11,155 nucleotides of DNA, taken from Candidatus Cloacimonadota bacterium (GTDB taxonomy: Bacteria; Cloacimonadota; Cloacimonadia; Cloacimonadales; WRIO01). Shown piece after piece: positions 1 to 8,752 of this stretch; positions within the stretch are counted from its first letter, which is position 1; every line of letters begins with the position of its first letter. The notes beneath the pieces are model-generated. The model was not told the DNA's origin. It saw nothing but the letters and a program-made list of their open reading frames with translations, and made no database searches. The DNA is taken from the NCBI GenBank assembly GCA_029564175.1, contig JAKQQL010000461.1:1-11155 (forward strand). Direction: 5' to 3'. A program made the position numbers and the translations under genes.

Positions 1-139
1 TTTAACCATCAATGTGATAAGGATTTAGTTTTTGTATCAGATATTTTCATGGAATAAACAGCAAATTTTTCAATTAAGTTTGTTCAGCAGTGTCTGCTTA
101 AATTTTACTAAGATGGATATCGTTTTTTATTATGCATAA

Positions 140-152
140 AATCAGTAACTTA
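140..152 (+). promoter_or_regulatory. IHF-like binding motif
   Basis: aatcagtaactta matches WATCARNNNNTTR, in the non-coding region beyond the gmd break. A short motif in AT-rich DNA can arise by chance. Confidence 0.25.
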
Positions 153-353
153 AACATCAATCAAACCGTAAAATTTGAGTTTTCCAAATGAAATTGACAT
201 GTGACAAATATCCACATAAAGTATTTATTTACAGTGAATTGCTAATCATCATTTTTAATTTTAGTGGATACTACTGACACCAGAACATTTTATCTTGAAT
301 CAAATTTGAGATTGACATGGCAAATAGGACAAACTTTTGATTCTATAACCCGG

Positions 354-530
<177 letters not shown>

Positions 531-606
531 TCAAAAACCAATGTATGTTTTTCGGTAATTCATACTACTCATTTGACAATAAATGATAGAATCTTTTAAA
601 CTCATA

Positions 607-1437
607 CTACTTAGCTCTCGGATTAAACCTGTTCAAGAATTTGTATAACCAAATATTCAAGGGATAAGGGAATAAAGACCTAAAGAATGGAATGAAAATT
701 CCGATATATGCTTGTATCCCAGCTCCTATTTTTCTATTACCTTTCCAACCCGTTTTTAACCGGAAAAATCCAACACGCACGTCATTTTTTTTAATATTTT
801 CATCAGTAAAACGGTACAACAGCAAAGGTTCAGGCAAATTATGAAACTCATAACCGGCGGCAGCACATCTGAACCAAAGGTCATAGTCATCCTGCCTGGG
901 ACCTGCAGTGGGATCATATCCACCAATAGATTGGATTTTTTCTTTGCGGAAACAAACCGTTGGATGGATCATCGGGCAGGTCCATATCAATTCATGTATT
1001 TGCTCTGGACTTTCCGGAACCTTCAATGTACCTCCAATCTGTCCGTTTTCATCTATTTTCAAGGCAAAGGATCCTATAACATCAGATGATGGATGAGCAC
1101 CCAAAAAACGAATTTGTTTTTCAAACCTATCGGGCAAAGAAATATCATCAGTATCCATTCTAGCAATTATATTGTGACTGCAGTAATTTAATCCACAGTT
1201 TAAAGCTGCTGAAAGCCCCTGATTAATTTCAAGAGGAACAAGGACAACCGGTGCAATTTTAGAAAAATCCTCAATTACCTTATCAAGTTCAGGGGTTAGC
1301 AAACCGTCTTTCACAATAACAATTTCATCGGGCTTAAGTAACTGGTCATCCCAAATACTTTTCAAAGACGATTGCAGGTATGAGGGTTTTTCTTTATGAT
1401 ATACAGAAAGTAGAACTGAAAATTCAATATGATTCAT
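607..1437 (-). CDS. GT2 glycosyltransferase, AmsE/WbbD-like
   Basis: 276 aa. N-terminal FSVLLSVYHKEKPSYL..SL.SI..Q.L.PDEIVIVKDG.L, plus ARMDTDDISLPDRFEKQ (DxDD), HPTV and QDDYDLW motifs typical of this GT2 subgroup. Confidence 0.88.
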   Translation of the reverse strand: MNHIEFSVLLSVYHKEKPSYLQSSLKSIWDDQLLKPDEIVIVKDGLLTPELDKVIEDFSKIAPVVLVPLEINQGLSAALNCGLNYCSHNIIARMDTDDISLPDRFEKQIRFLGAHPSSDVIGSFALKIDENGQIGGTLKVPESPEQIHELIWTCPMIHPTVCFRKEKIQSIGGYDPTAGPRQDDYDLWFRCAAAGYEFHNLPEPLLLYRFTDENIKKNDVRVGFFRLKTGWKGNRKIGAGIQAYIGIFIPFFRSLFPYPLNIWLYKFLNRFNPRAK

Positions 1438-1507
1438 CCAAGAAAAAAATAATAGTAACGCCTTTTGGAAGCTAAATTAAGGATGTAATAATTCTTATGA
1501 TGTAGAT

Positions 1508-2464
1508 TTACATATAAGGCAAGATTTTTCTGACATAGATTTTATAATTCGGACCAAGCACTAAAAGGGCGGCTCTGCTTGTTATCCGAAATAACAAGTC
1601 AAAAAATCTATCAATGAATGTAATATTCTTGATAAGGTTTTCTACGTCAGCGTGCATTTCCTTACATTCTGAAATCCTTTTTATTTTCTCCACATTATAA
1701 AGTTTATGCAAACGCACCAGCTTTCTGAAATACTTTAGGATATTCAGAGTGGCATTTGAGTCATTATTATACTGAGTCAGAAGATAGAAACATTCTTGAA
1801 TCAGTAATTTTGGATTATTTTCACAATAACTGGTTAATCGTCCTTTTGATATATTAAGGTTAATTAAAGGTTTGGAGATATAATAATAATTCGAATTTTT
1901 CAGATAAGCAACATAATAATCAACATCTACCAACCATGACAAATTGGCGTCATAAACAAGATTCGTTTTACGGTGTATGGTAGAACTCGGAGCAATAATG
2001 AAATTTCTATAAAACAGGTATGAATGATCAAGCTTGAAAGCATCCAAAGCTTTTGATCCAGGCCTTTTAGTCTCAAGAAGTTTTAAACCATCATAGTGAT
2101 TTGACTGGCAAAACACAAAATCAACCTTTGAATCATTTAAAAAGGGTCGCACAAATTCGGCCAGACTATCTTTGTCACAGAACCAGTCATCATGATGTAA
2201 CAATTTAATCAAAGGTGAATTCGCGTAAGAAATAGCCTTATTCCAATTAGCAACAGGACCCAAGGATTTATCATTTTTAAAATAACGAAAGTTCTTTAAA
2301 GAGGAATATTTGATTTTAATAAGTTCCTGGATATTATTACCAAGAGTATCATCCGTAACAATAATCTCGTAGTCAGTAAAACTCTGAATAAGAACAGAAT
2401 CAATGGCCCTGACAAGATAGCCAGGATTATTGAAAGCAGGGATGCAAATTGATACTTCAGGCAT
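1508..2464 (-). CDS. GT2 glycosyltransferase
   Basis: VSICIPAFN...AIDSVLIQSFTDYEIIVTDD, LGPVANWN, LHHDDWF and VDVDYY motifs. I prefer ATG 2464 (8-nt overlap with the upstream gene) to the TTG at 2470 used by the ORF track. Confidence 0.88.
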   Translation of the reverse strand: MPEVSICIPAFNNPGYLVRAIDSVLIQSFTDYEIIVTDDTLGNNIQELIKIKYSSLKNFRYFKNDKSLGPVANWNKAISYANSPLIKLLHHDDWFCDKDSLAEFVRPFLNDSKVDFVFCQSNHYDGLKLLETKRPGSKALDAFKLDHSYLFYRNFIIAPSSTIHRKTNLVYDANLSWLVDVDYYVAYLKNSNYYYISKPLINLNISKGRLTSYCENNPKLLIQECFYLLTQYNNDSNATLNILKYFRKLVRLHKLYNVEKIKRISECKEMHADVENLIKNITFIDRFFDLLFRITSRAALLVLGPNYKIYVRKILPYM

Positions 2465-3560
2465 TATCAATTACCGATTTTGTAGCTTCAAGGTAGCTGG
2501 TTCCCCATCGTTCACATGGCTCCAAATGATTCCCTTCTGCCCATTCGTTCCATGCATTTATGAAAATGAAATTTTCTTCTTTAGAAAAAGGCTGAAAATG
2601 ATCTACGATATGTTGAAGCCAGCTTCTGTATAATTCAGGAGTTGAATTGTGAAAAATTGCAGCGCCAGATTTTCTCCTTGGGGAATTATCCCACATTGGA
2701 GTCACACATCGGAACAGCTTATATCCCAACTTATGTTTTGAAGAATGTATCATTCTTTTTACAATCTTCGAATAATCATAAATGCCATATGTTCCATAAA
2801 AATATTTGATCAATCCAAATCTGTGAAGTAATCGTAGAATAAGATTCCCCTTTCTGTTAAATCTAAGCGATCGCCATTGTGGTTGGAATTCAATTGCTGC
2901 ATCAAATCCAATTTTGTTAGGATTCAGTTTATGAATTTTATTTTCTGTATAACAGATATAAAGATCTTTAAAACCCATTTTTTTTGATTCTTCTCGCCAA
3001 ATACTTACAGTTTTCTTTATATCCGGGAATAACTCTGGTTTATATACTATAAATAATGGTTTACCATCAACACTAATATAACGTTGATCATTGAATATAT
3101 TTTTACACAAGAAATGTATATGCATCTTGTCATCATCAAACGAGTAATCTTGCTTTATAATTACTTCTTTATTCAAACCATCCCACCTTTTTGTCCAGTT
3201 CTCATTAGCCCAACAAAGGCAAAAAGGGAAATCGCCATCTTTTTGTTTCAAATAATTATCAACTGGTAGATTCAATAACCTCTTACCATTAAACCAGTAG
3301 TGATAAAACACAAAACCATTAATCCGGTATTTTTTAGCAAGTTCTGTTTGCTTTATTAATACATCGGGATTACGAAGATCATAATATCCAATTGTATCAT
3401 GTGGAACATGAGGTTGATAATGTCCAATAAACAAAGCTTTTGCCTTTTTAACATTTGTCCATTCGGTAAATCCTTTACCCCACGCCATATCGTTTTCGGG
3501 AATAGGATGGTACTGTGGAAGGTAAAATGCGATTACTCTTGCTGTTTTTTTATTATTCAC
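2457..3560 (-). CDS. WbsX-family (Glyco_tran_WbsX / GH99-like domain) protein
   Basis: 367 aa, GTG start. Family signatures IAFYLPQYHPIPEND..WGKGFTEWTNV, GYYDLR, FYHYWFNGKRLL, CWANENW..RWDG, WDNSPRR and FINAWNEWAEGNHLEP. Confidence 0.9.
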   Translation of the reverse strand: MNNKKTARVIAFYLPQYHPIPENDMAWGKGFTEWTNVKKAKALFIGHYQPHVPHDTIGYYDLRNPDVLIKQTELAKKYRINGFVFYHYWFNGKRLLNLPVDNYLKQKDGDFPFCLCWANENWTKRWDGLNKEVIIKQDYSFDDDKMHIHFLCKNIFNDQRYISVDGKPLFIVYKPELFPDIKKTVSIWREESKKMGFKDLYICYTENKIHKLNPNKIGFDAAIEFQPQWRSLRFNRKGNLILRLLHRFGLIKYFYGTYGIYDYSKIVKRMIHSSKHKLGYKLFRCVTPMWDNSPRRKSGAAIFHNSTPELYRSWLQHIVDHFQPFSKEENFIFINAWNEWAEGNHLEPCERWGTSYLEATKSVIDNA

Positions 3561-3563
3561 AAC

Positions 3564-4727
3564 TCAGTTAACACCATTTTCTAAGATCTCATTATATATC
3601 TGAAAGATTCTTCTGCCAGATCTTTCCATTGAATAGAGTTCAAGGACAGTTTTCTGTGCCAAATTTATAGTATGTAAATAATGTTCCACCCCATTTCTAC
3701 ACACATTTTTCAGGGAAGATACCAGATCACCATAATCTGAATAGCGTATTCCAATCTCCTGATCGCAAAATTGTAATCCATTGTCAAATTGTTCTTTTAT
3801 CCCAGCTGCATTTTTTCCGATCACAAGACATCCGTTATACATAGCTTCAGCCATTACGCGGCCAAAACCTTCTGACCGGCTGGAAATAATAATAGCTGAG
3901 GCTTCAGCCATAAGCTGGTTAACATTCTTTCTGAAACCTAAGTAAAGTATTCGGTTTGATAAAGAACTTTTGATAATGATCTCATTTAAATAATCTATCA
4001 TTTCTTCTGATCCCGTACCTGCAATAAATAAATTAAAAGTTGGGAATTGATGTGAGATTTCAATAAAAGCATTTAACATCTCCTTAAAACCTTTATCCTC
4101 ACTAATATTCCCGACAAACAAAAAATAATTCTTCTTCTTTGCTATTGATGGAACATTTACATCATTAACAACTCCATTATAAACAATATAATCTTTGTTT
4201 TGCGACATCTGATAATGTTGAAATAATCCTTTCGTGATGCTGACAAGATGGTTGTTGGGATGTTTAGTTTTTCTCAAAAAATTGGATAGAGAGGGGAAAG
4301 GTATCCATCCAAAATGTTCTTCTTGATACTCTCGAATATGCCAGACATGGGGAATTTTGAATAAACGTGAAACACTAGAACCAATATGAATGGGCCCAAC
4401 ATTTGTATGAATCAAGTCAGGTTTAAAAAGCTTTACAATATAGGCTGTTTGAAATAAAGAAATGACATTAAAAACTATCGATCTGGCTAACCTGGGGACA
4501 TATAAAACAAAGTCCCGCAAATTGTTCTTAGGTGGATAAACTGATAAATAGAATGGAACCTTGCATATGGGAACTTTCATTTTTTTTAAATCATTGCATA
4601 GTGGTCCTTTCCCTGGCAACAAAACTTCAATTTCGACACCTAATTTTTGAAGAGTTTGGATTAGAGCTACCATTGATTTGCCAGAACCTTGAATTTCACT
4701 TGAATGTGCAATGAAAAGGACTTTCAC
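3564..4727 (-). CDS. GT4 (GT-B fold) glycosyltransferase
   Basis: 387 aa, GTG start. MKVLFIAH...GSGKS, HVWHIRE, VYNGV, FVGNI..DKG and the ExxxxxxxE motif EGFGRVMAEAM. Confidence 0.9.
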   Translation of the reverse strand: MKVLFIAHSSEIQGSGKSMVALIQTLQKLGVEIEVLLPGKGPLCNDLKKMKVPICKVPFYLSVYPPKNNLRDFVLYVPRLARSIVFNVISLFQTAYIVKLFKPDLIHTNVGPIHIGSSVSRLFKIPHVWHIREYQEEHFGWIPFPSLSNFLRKTKHPNNHLVSITKGLFQHYQMSQNKDYIVYNGVVNDVNVPSIAKKKNYFLFVGNISEDKGFKEMLNAFIEISHQFPTFNLFIAGTGSEEMIDYLNEIIIKSSLSNRILYLGFRKNVNQLMAEASAIIISSRSEGFGRVMAEAMYNGCLVIGKNAAGIKEQFDNGLQFCDQEIGIRYSDYGDLVSSLKNVCRNGVEHYLHTINLAQKTVLELYSMERSGRRIFQIYNEILENGVN

Positions 4728-4868
4728 AAAACAATTTAAATTTTTATATTTTCCCTCTGGATATAGTGATATGAGAATAATCGCAATAAATAATTAGCCA
4801 TAAATGGTTTTTGAAATTGACTAGGGAAACATATTAATCACTATTTATTTATTTGACAACAACAAGTT

Positions 4869-5060
4869 TCATTTATTGGAAAGATCAATAGGTGTACCAT
4901 CATAGAAGAGGTCATTTATTTTATCATCAATGATTTCCAATGACCACCGCTTGTATTGGCAATTATCGGTATTCCTCTGCTCATGGACGCAACAATGGTT
5001 CTGCTAAAACCTTCGTTTGTGGAGCAACTTAACAATGAAAACTGTGGTCTTTAGCAGCAT
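4869..5060 (-). pseudogene. Degraded C-terminal remnant of a second GT4 glycosyltransferase
   Basis: Joining frames gives MLLKTTVFIV / SCSTNEGFSRTIVASMSRGIPIIANTSGG / LEIIDDKINDLFYDGTPIDLSNK*. This matches the GT4 pattern EGFGxxxxEAMxxGxPxIxxxxGGxxEIIxDxxNGxxY. Frameshifts lie near 5030 and 4941, and the second conserved Glu is lost. Confidence 0.8.
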
Positions 5061-6954
5061 CCATCAGCCGGTTGAATAGGTCAGGATAGTGATTGAGTAT
5101 TTGATTTAGTTGTTTGTCATTGCCACCGTGGACATAGTTTAGTTCACCCAAATGTTTTTTTTGTGAGCCATATACAATAATTGGATCGGAATAATTACCC
5201 TCTACCAACTGAATCTTTGTGTCATTTAAAACAGCCATTGCCCAAAACCAAATATCATCAGCGTGTGGTGCCAAATCTTGAAATAGTTCATGTTTTAATA
5301 CGTCTGGATGAAAAGATCGAGGAGGATAAATAGCACCCCCACCTGTTGTTATGAAGTTAAGACAAGATACAGAATTATTTTGGGAGCAAAAATCCCATTG
5401 CCTGTAAGGCAAAATTTCTTTATGTTCCGAAAAAAGAATTCTGTGCATTCTATGGCAATATATTTTAGAATTGTCTTTCACATATGCATTATAGAGTTTT
5501 CCCAACCAATCTTTTGGGTAAAATAAATCATCATCGGCTGTAACAAGTATGTCATCGGGAAAAAGTTGCAACGCTGGAATTAATTTTTTATACGACTTCA
5601 AATCCTCACACCAGTTAATTGTAAGTCCATACTTTCTTAATCGTAAGAGCTTTCGGGGCAAATCTTCCTCCATGCGAGGAAACTGACTTTTCGCCAGCCA
5701 AAGGATGAGAATGTCAGGTTTTACGGTTTGGTTCAGCAGTGTTTTAATGGAGAGGTGTAGCGTTTTGATTCTTGGCGGGTAGGAAGTTAGAGTAACTATA
5801 AGTTTTGGACTTCTTGGATCTTCGTTTATACCAATTCTACGGAAAATTTTATAAAATTCAAGGGGTATCGTTATTCTGTTTGTTTTCTTTGGGAAAAACC
5901 TCCTGTAAAATTTCTCGATTTTTATCCTTGTGCTTTGTTCCCTGATAAGTATTCTGGCAAATGCCCTAAATCCTTTGTGGATAGAATTAGTTTGCCTTGA
6001 TATCATTTTTAAAAAGATTTTTTTCCAATTGTAATCAAAGCACTTAAACAATGAAAAGTATTTTTCGTAAAGACTGGAATATTTGCGTTTATAATATACA
6101 TCCCAGTAGTGTAGCCAGATGGCATCTATTGCAATTTGCTTGTTGAAGTGCTTCCCTCCAAAAAGCCTAATTAGTTCATTGTTCCATCTCTCTACGATTT
6201 GTGCCCATTGAAATTTATTTGTACCCTCAACAAGACCGTGGTTTCCCCTTCGATAAACTGAGGAAACATTTACGAAATATCTGAATTTCCCCTTGCTGGC
6301 CAGATAACACCAAAGTATGGTGTCATTTGCCTGTTTTACTTCATTTGAGAAATTATTCAATGTTTTACTTCTAAAAACTACTGAAGCTGTTGGAAACCTT
6401 CGCCTGAAAACCATCTCCTGAATGCTTACATCTCTCTCGGGTTCTTCGCTGAAAAGATATTGTTCATTTGTTATTGAGTTTTTAACAAGTCCGTTTTCAG
6501 CTACTGCCACATACTCCTCATTTTCCTCCAAAAACTCCACCTGCTTTTGTAGTTTGAGCGGGTCGGTCCAGTAGTCGTCGCCTTCGCAAAGGGCGATATA
6601 TTTTCCCCGTGCACGGGGAAACACATAATTGGTCAACGGCCCAACCCCTTTTGAATATTGATTTTCAGTTTGTAAGATAGGAAAAATTACATCAGGATAT
6701 TTGTCAGCGAAATCTCTAACAATTTCTGCTGTACCATCGGTCGATGCATCATCGTGAATGAAAATTTCTACTTTAAATGTAGTTTTCTGAATCAGAAAAC
6801 CATTAATCGCATCTTTTATATAAGCTTCATGGTTATATGTAAGACAACAAATACTTACCATAGGAGTTATAAAATCATCCCAGATGGTGTCGATAATAGT
6901 TACAGGCTCGATGTATCTATTATGAAATTCCGATTTTTCAAAAACTTCATTCAC
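5029..6954 (-). CDS. Two-domain glycosyltransferase: N-terminal GT2 plus a C-terminal GT-A-type domain
   Basis: 641 aa, GTG start. N-domain: VSICCLTYNH, HDDASTDGT, ARGKYIALCEGDDYWTDPLKLQKQV. C-domain (about 5050-5805): LIVTLTSYPPRI...LLNQTVKPD..ILWL, SYKKLIP, VTADDDLFY, TGGGAIYPP, ADDIWFW. A basic linker joins the two. Confidence 0.85.
   Translation of the reverse strand: MNEVFEKSEFHNRYIEPVTIIDTIWDDFITPMVSICCLTYNHEAYIKDAINGFLIQKTTFKVEIFIHDDASTDGTAEIVRDFADKYPDVIFPILQTENQYSKGVGPLTNYVFPRARGKYIALCEGDDYWTDPLKLQKQVEFLEENEEYVAVAENGLVKNSITNEQYLFSEEPERDVSIQEMVFRRRFPTASVVFRSKTLNNFSNEVKQANDTILWCYLASKGKFRYFVNVSSVYRRGNHGLVEGTNKFQWAQIVERWNNELIRLFGGKHFNKQIAIDAIWLHYWDVYYKRKYSSLYEKYFSLFKCFDYNWKKIFLKMISRQTNSIHKGFRAFARILIREQSTRIKIEKFYRRFFPKKTNRITIPLEFYKIFRRIGINEDPRSPKLIVTLTSYPPRIKTLHLSIKTLLNQTVKPDILILWLAKSQFPRMEEDLPRKLLRLRKYGLTINWCEDLKSYKKLIPALQLFPDDILVTADDDLFYPKDWLGKLYNAYVKDNSKIYCHRMHRILFSEHKEILPYRQWDFCSQNNSVSCLNFITTGGGAIYPPRSFHPDVLKHELFQDLAPHADDIWFWAMAVLNDTKIQLVEGNYSDPIIVYGSQKKHLGELNYVHGGNDKQLNQILNHYPDLFNRLMDAAKDHSFHC
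6602..6621. repeat. Perfect 20-bp palindrome inside the GT2 domain
   Basis: tttccccgtgcacggggaaa equals its own reverse complement. It lies in the codons for FPRARGK on the minus strand. Confidence 0.9.
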
Positions 6955-7003
6955 AATAACTTTCTGAATATGTATGCATTATCAGTAGTTCTTGCCTCGA
7001 TTA

Positions 7004-7444
7004 TTAAAAAAGCGATTTCACCATATAAGACGAAATTTCTGATGCTGGACCTGCAGGTTTAAATCCATGTTTTTTATAAAAACCAATTGCGCTAAAGTTA
7101 TTATTATTGACTTCTAATCTTAACTGATTCATATTCTGATAGACAGACCTGTCTATTATCTTTTCTAACAATATCGACCCTATGCCTTTTCCTTGAAATG
7201 ATTTTTTCAGAATTATCATCGAAATAAAAGCAGTCATGTTAACAAAATCGTTAGCATAAAAAGCTGCAAATCCGACTATCTTGTTTTTATATTGAACCTT
7301 AAGAACTATTCCATTTTCATAGTATTTAAATGCCAATCTATCAAATATTTCATTTTTATTTAAAGATGCTGAGAAAATATCAGATTTACATTCGTCCAAT
7401 ACCGCACGTATCTCTTTTAAAGTATAAATTTCAGAAATCACCAC
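7004..7444 (-). CDS. GNAT-family N-acetyltransferase
   Basis: 146 aa, GTG start. Acetyl-CoA motif A FQGKGIGSILL and motif B LEVNNNNFSAIGFYKKHGF. Confidence 0.9.
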   Translation of the reverse strand: MVISEIYTLKEIRAVLDECKSDIFSASLNKNEIFDRLAFKYYENGIVLKVQYKNKIVGFAAFYANDFVNMTAFISMIILKKSFQGKGIGSILLEKIIDRSVYQNMNQLRLEVNNNNFSAIGFYKKHGFKPAGPASEISSYMVKSLF

Positions 7445-7506
7445 AACTTTCTTACTCTTAATATATTTCTAATTTTCTAAATCATCCCCGGTAATTAAAA
7501 CGAAGG

Positions 7507-8664
7507 TTACCGTGGAATTAGAAAGCGATTTTTTTTATCCGTCTCATTCATATTATCTATTTCTTTCAGCTTATATTTGAAATAGTCTGATGTAAGCCTG
7601 TTGTCATATAATGATCTAAACACCTGTAAATACTTAATGCCTTGATGAGAGTTAATTTCAATCACTTTAAAACCCTCTTCAGTGATCCCAATGTCAAATC
7701 CCAAATATTCAACAGCAAATAGATACTTTGAGATTTCTAAAACCTTCTCTTTTAATAAATTCCATCCCGGGATTATGCCTTGGGCTTTTACTTTAGTGTC
7801 AGGATGAAAAGGACATTTTTCAGTTTTGTAAGAATAAACCTTTGTGCCATTTTCAAACTCTCCATTTTCAATATCAATTTGAACGACATAATCATAATCT
7901 GCTTTACAATCATTGGTATTTAAATGATTGGCTTCTCCATGGGCATTTGTGCCAAAACGTAAATATCCGTGCACAATTTCCGGGTCATTGCCATTCTGAT
8001 TGATAACCATTAATCTTATGGTATGGATCTTATCGTGGATAAGAGATAATTCCTTAGTTGGGAAAAGATATTCCGTAACAATATGGTAATTTTTTGAAAA
8101 AATAAAATCTTCAAATTCAATCTCAGACTTCAATATTTGCCCATTAACTAAATAAAAACCATTGTCAAACGACAATTTATAAAATTCATTACTCCCGGTA
8201 CCATTGACCAATTTCATAGCCAAAACTTTCTCTTCTCGTAAAAGCTTCTTTAAACCTGAAATGTCATTTTTGAACCTATACTGATTACAATCCAGGAGAT
8301 ACATAATTGAATTATCTTTTACATAAAAATAATACCTTGGAAGATAATCACCGAAAATATTACTCGGTAAAATATATTTCAATGTAAGTTTATCATTTAT
8401 CCAAATTCTATATGGACTATTTAAAGGCCACAATCTATAATAATCATAATCAGACAAATAATCTTTATAATTGGTTTCATTTAATCCATAAGCTAATGCA
8501 CTTTCGAGTAAAAATCCTTTACTATGAGCCCATTCAATTTGATCTTTATTAAAGTGCATATTTTCAAATTCTTTATTCATGAGATTTATGTAAAACAAGG
8601 CAAATCGGCGTGTAAAACAGCCTTGGTTAAAAAGAATATTAATTCTATAATCAAGTTTTTCCAT
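7507..8664 (-). CDS. Sugar-transfer associated ATP-grasp protein (ATPgrasp_ST-like)
   Basis: 385 aa. NDKL, MKLVNGTGS, VTEYL, TIRLMV, YLRFGT, HPDT....GIIPGW and the C-terminal YLGFDIGITEEGFKVIEINSHQG motif characteristic of this family. Confidence 0.82.
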   Translation of the reverse strand: MEKLDYRINILFNQGCFTRRFALFYINLMNKEFENMHFNKDQIEWAHSKGFLLESALAYGLNETNYKDYLSDYDYYRLWPLNSPYRIWINDKLTLKYILPSNIFGDYLPRYYFYVKDNSIMYLLDCNQYRFKNDISGLKKLLREEKVLAMKLVNGTGSNEFYKLSFDNGFYLVNGQILKSEIEFEDFIFSKNYHIVTEYLFPTKELSLIHDKIHTIRLMVINQNGNDPEIVHGYLRFGTNAHGEANHLNTNDCKADYDYVVQIDIENGEFENGTKVYSYKTEKCPFHPDTKVKAQGIIPGWNLLKEKVLEISKYLFAVEYLGFDIGITEEGFKVIEINSHQGIKYLQVFRSLYDNRLTSDYFKYKLKEIDNMNETDKKNRFLIPR

Positions 8665-8752
8665 CTTCTCTCATGCTAATAGATTAAGAAATTCTTAAGT
8701 ATCATATAAACGTAAAAATGTCAAAAACCAATTTTATAAAGGATCTTGACAT

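Noticed and set aside
1..50. Possible minus-strand gene start at the left edge (ATG at 50 or ATG at 9)
   Set aside because: The first closes after 13 codons and the second shows only 3 codons, so neither can be supported.
75..82. TAAGTTTG match to the Bacteroidota -7 promoter element
   Set aside because: No TTTG -33 element at the expected spacing and no plus-strand gene downstream.
86..98. agcag-tgt-ctgct hairpin as a terminator
   Set aside because: A 5-bp stem with a 3-nt loop and no clean U-tract is too weak.
208..270. DnaA-box-like sequences (ATATCCACA and inverted GTATCCACT)
   Set aside because: Only two mismatched copies and no replication genes, which is too little for an origin call.
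6595..6625. Resemblance of GTGTTTCCCCGTGCACGGGGAAA (minus strand) to a type I-E CRISPR repeat
   Set aside because: Single copy, no spacers, no cas genes, and it lies in conserved coding sequence (VFPRARGK).
785..7536. T8 runs (A8 on the coding strand) at 785-792, 2978-2985, 4580-4587, 5155-5162 and 7529-7536 as phase-variation tracts
   Set aside because: Eight-base A runs are expected in AT-rich, Lys-rich genes. All host ORFs are in frame and no long G/C tract is present.
8690..8724. TTGACA on the minus strand as a sigma70 -35 box upstream of the ATPgrasp_ST gene
   Set aside because: No good -10 hexamer at 16-18 nt spacing, and the likely host phylum uses a different promoter consensus.
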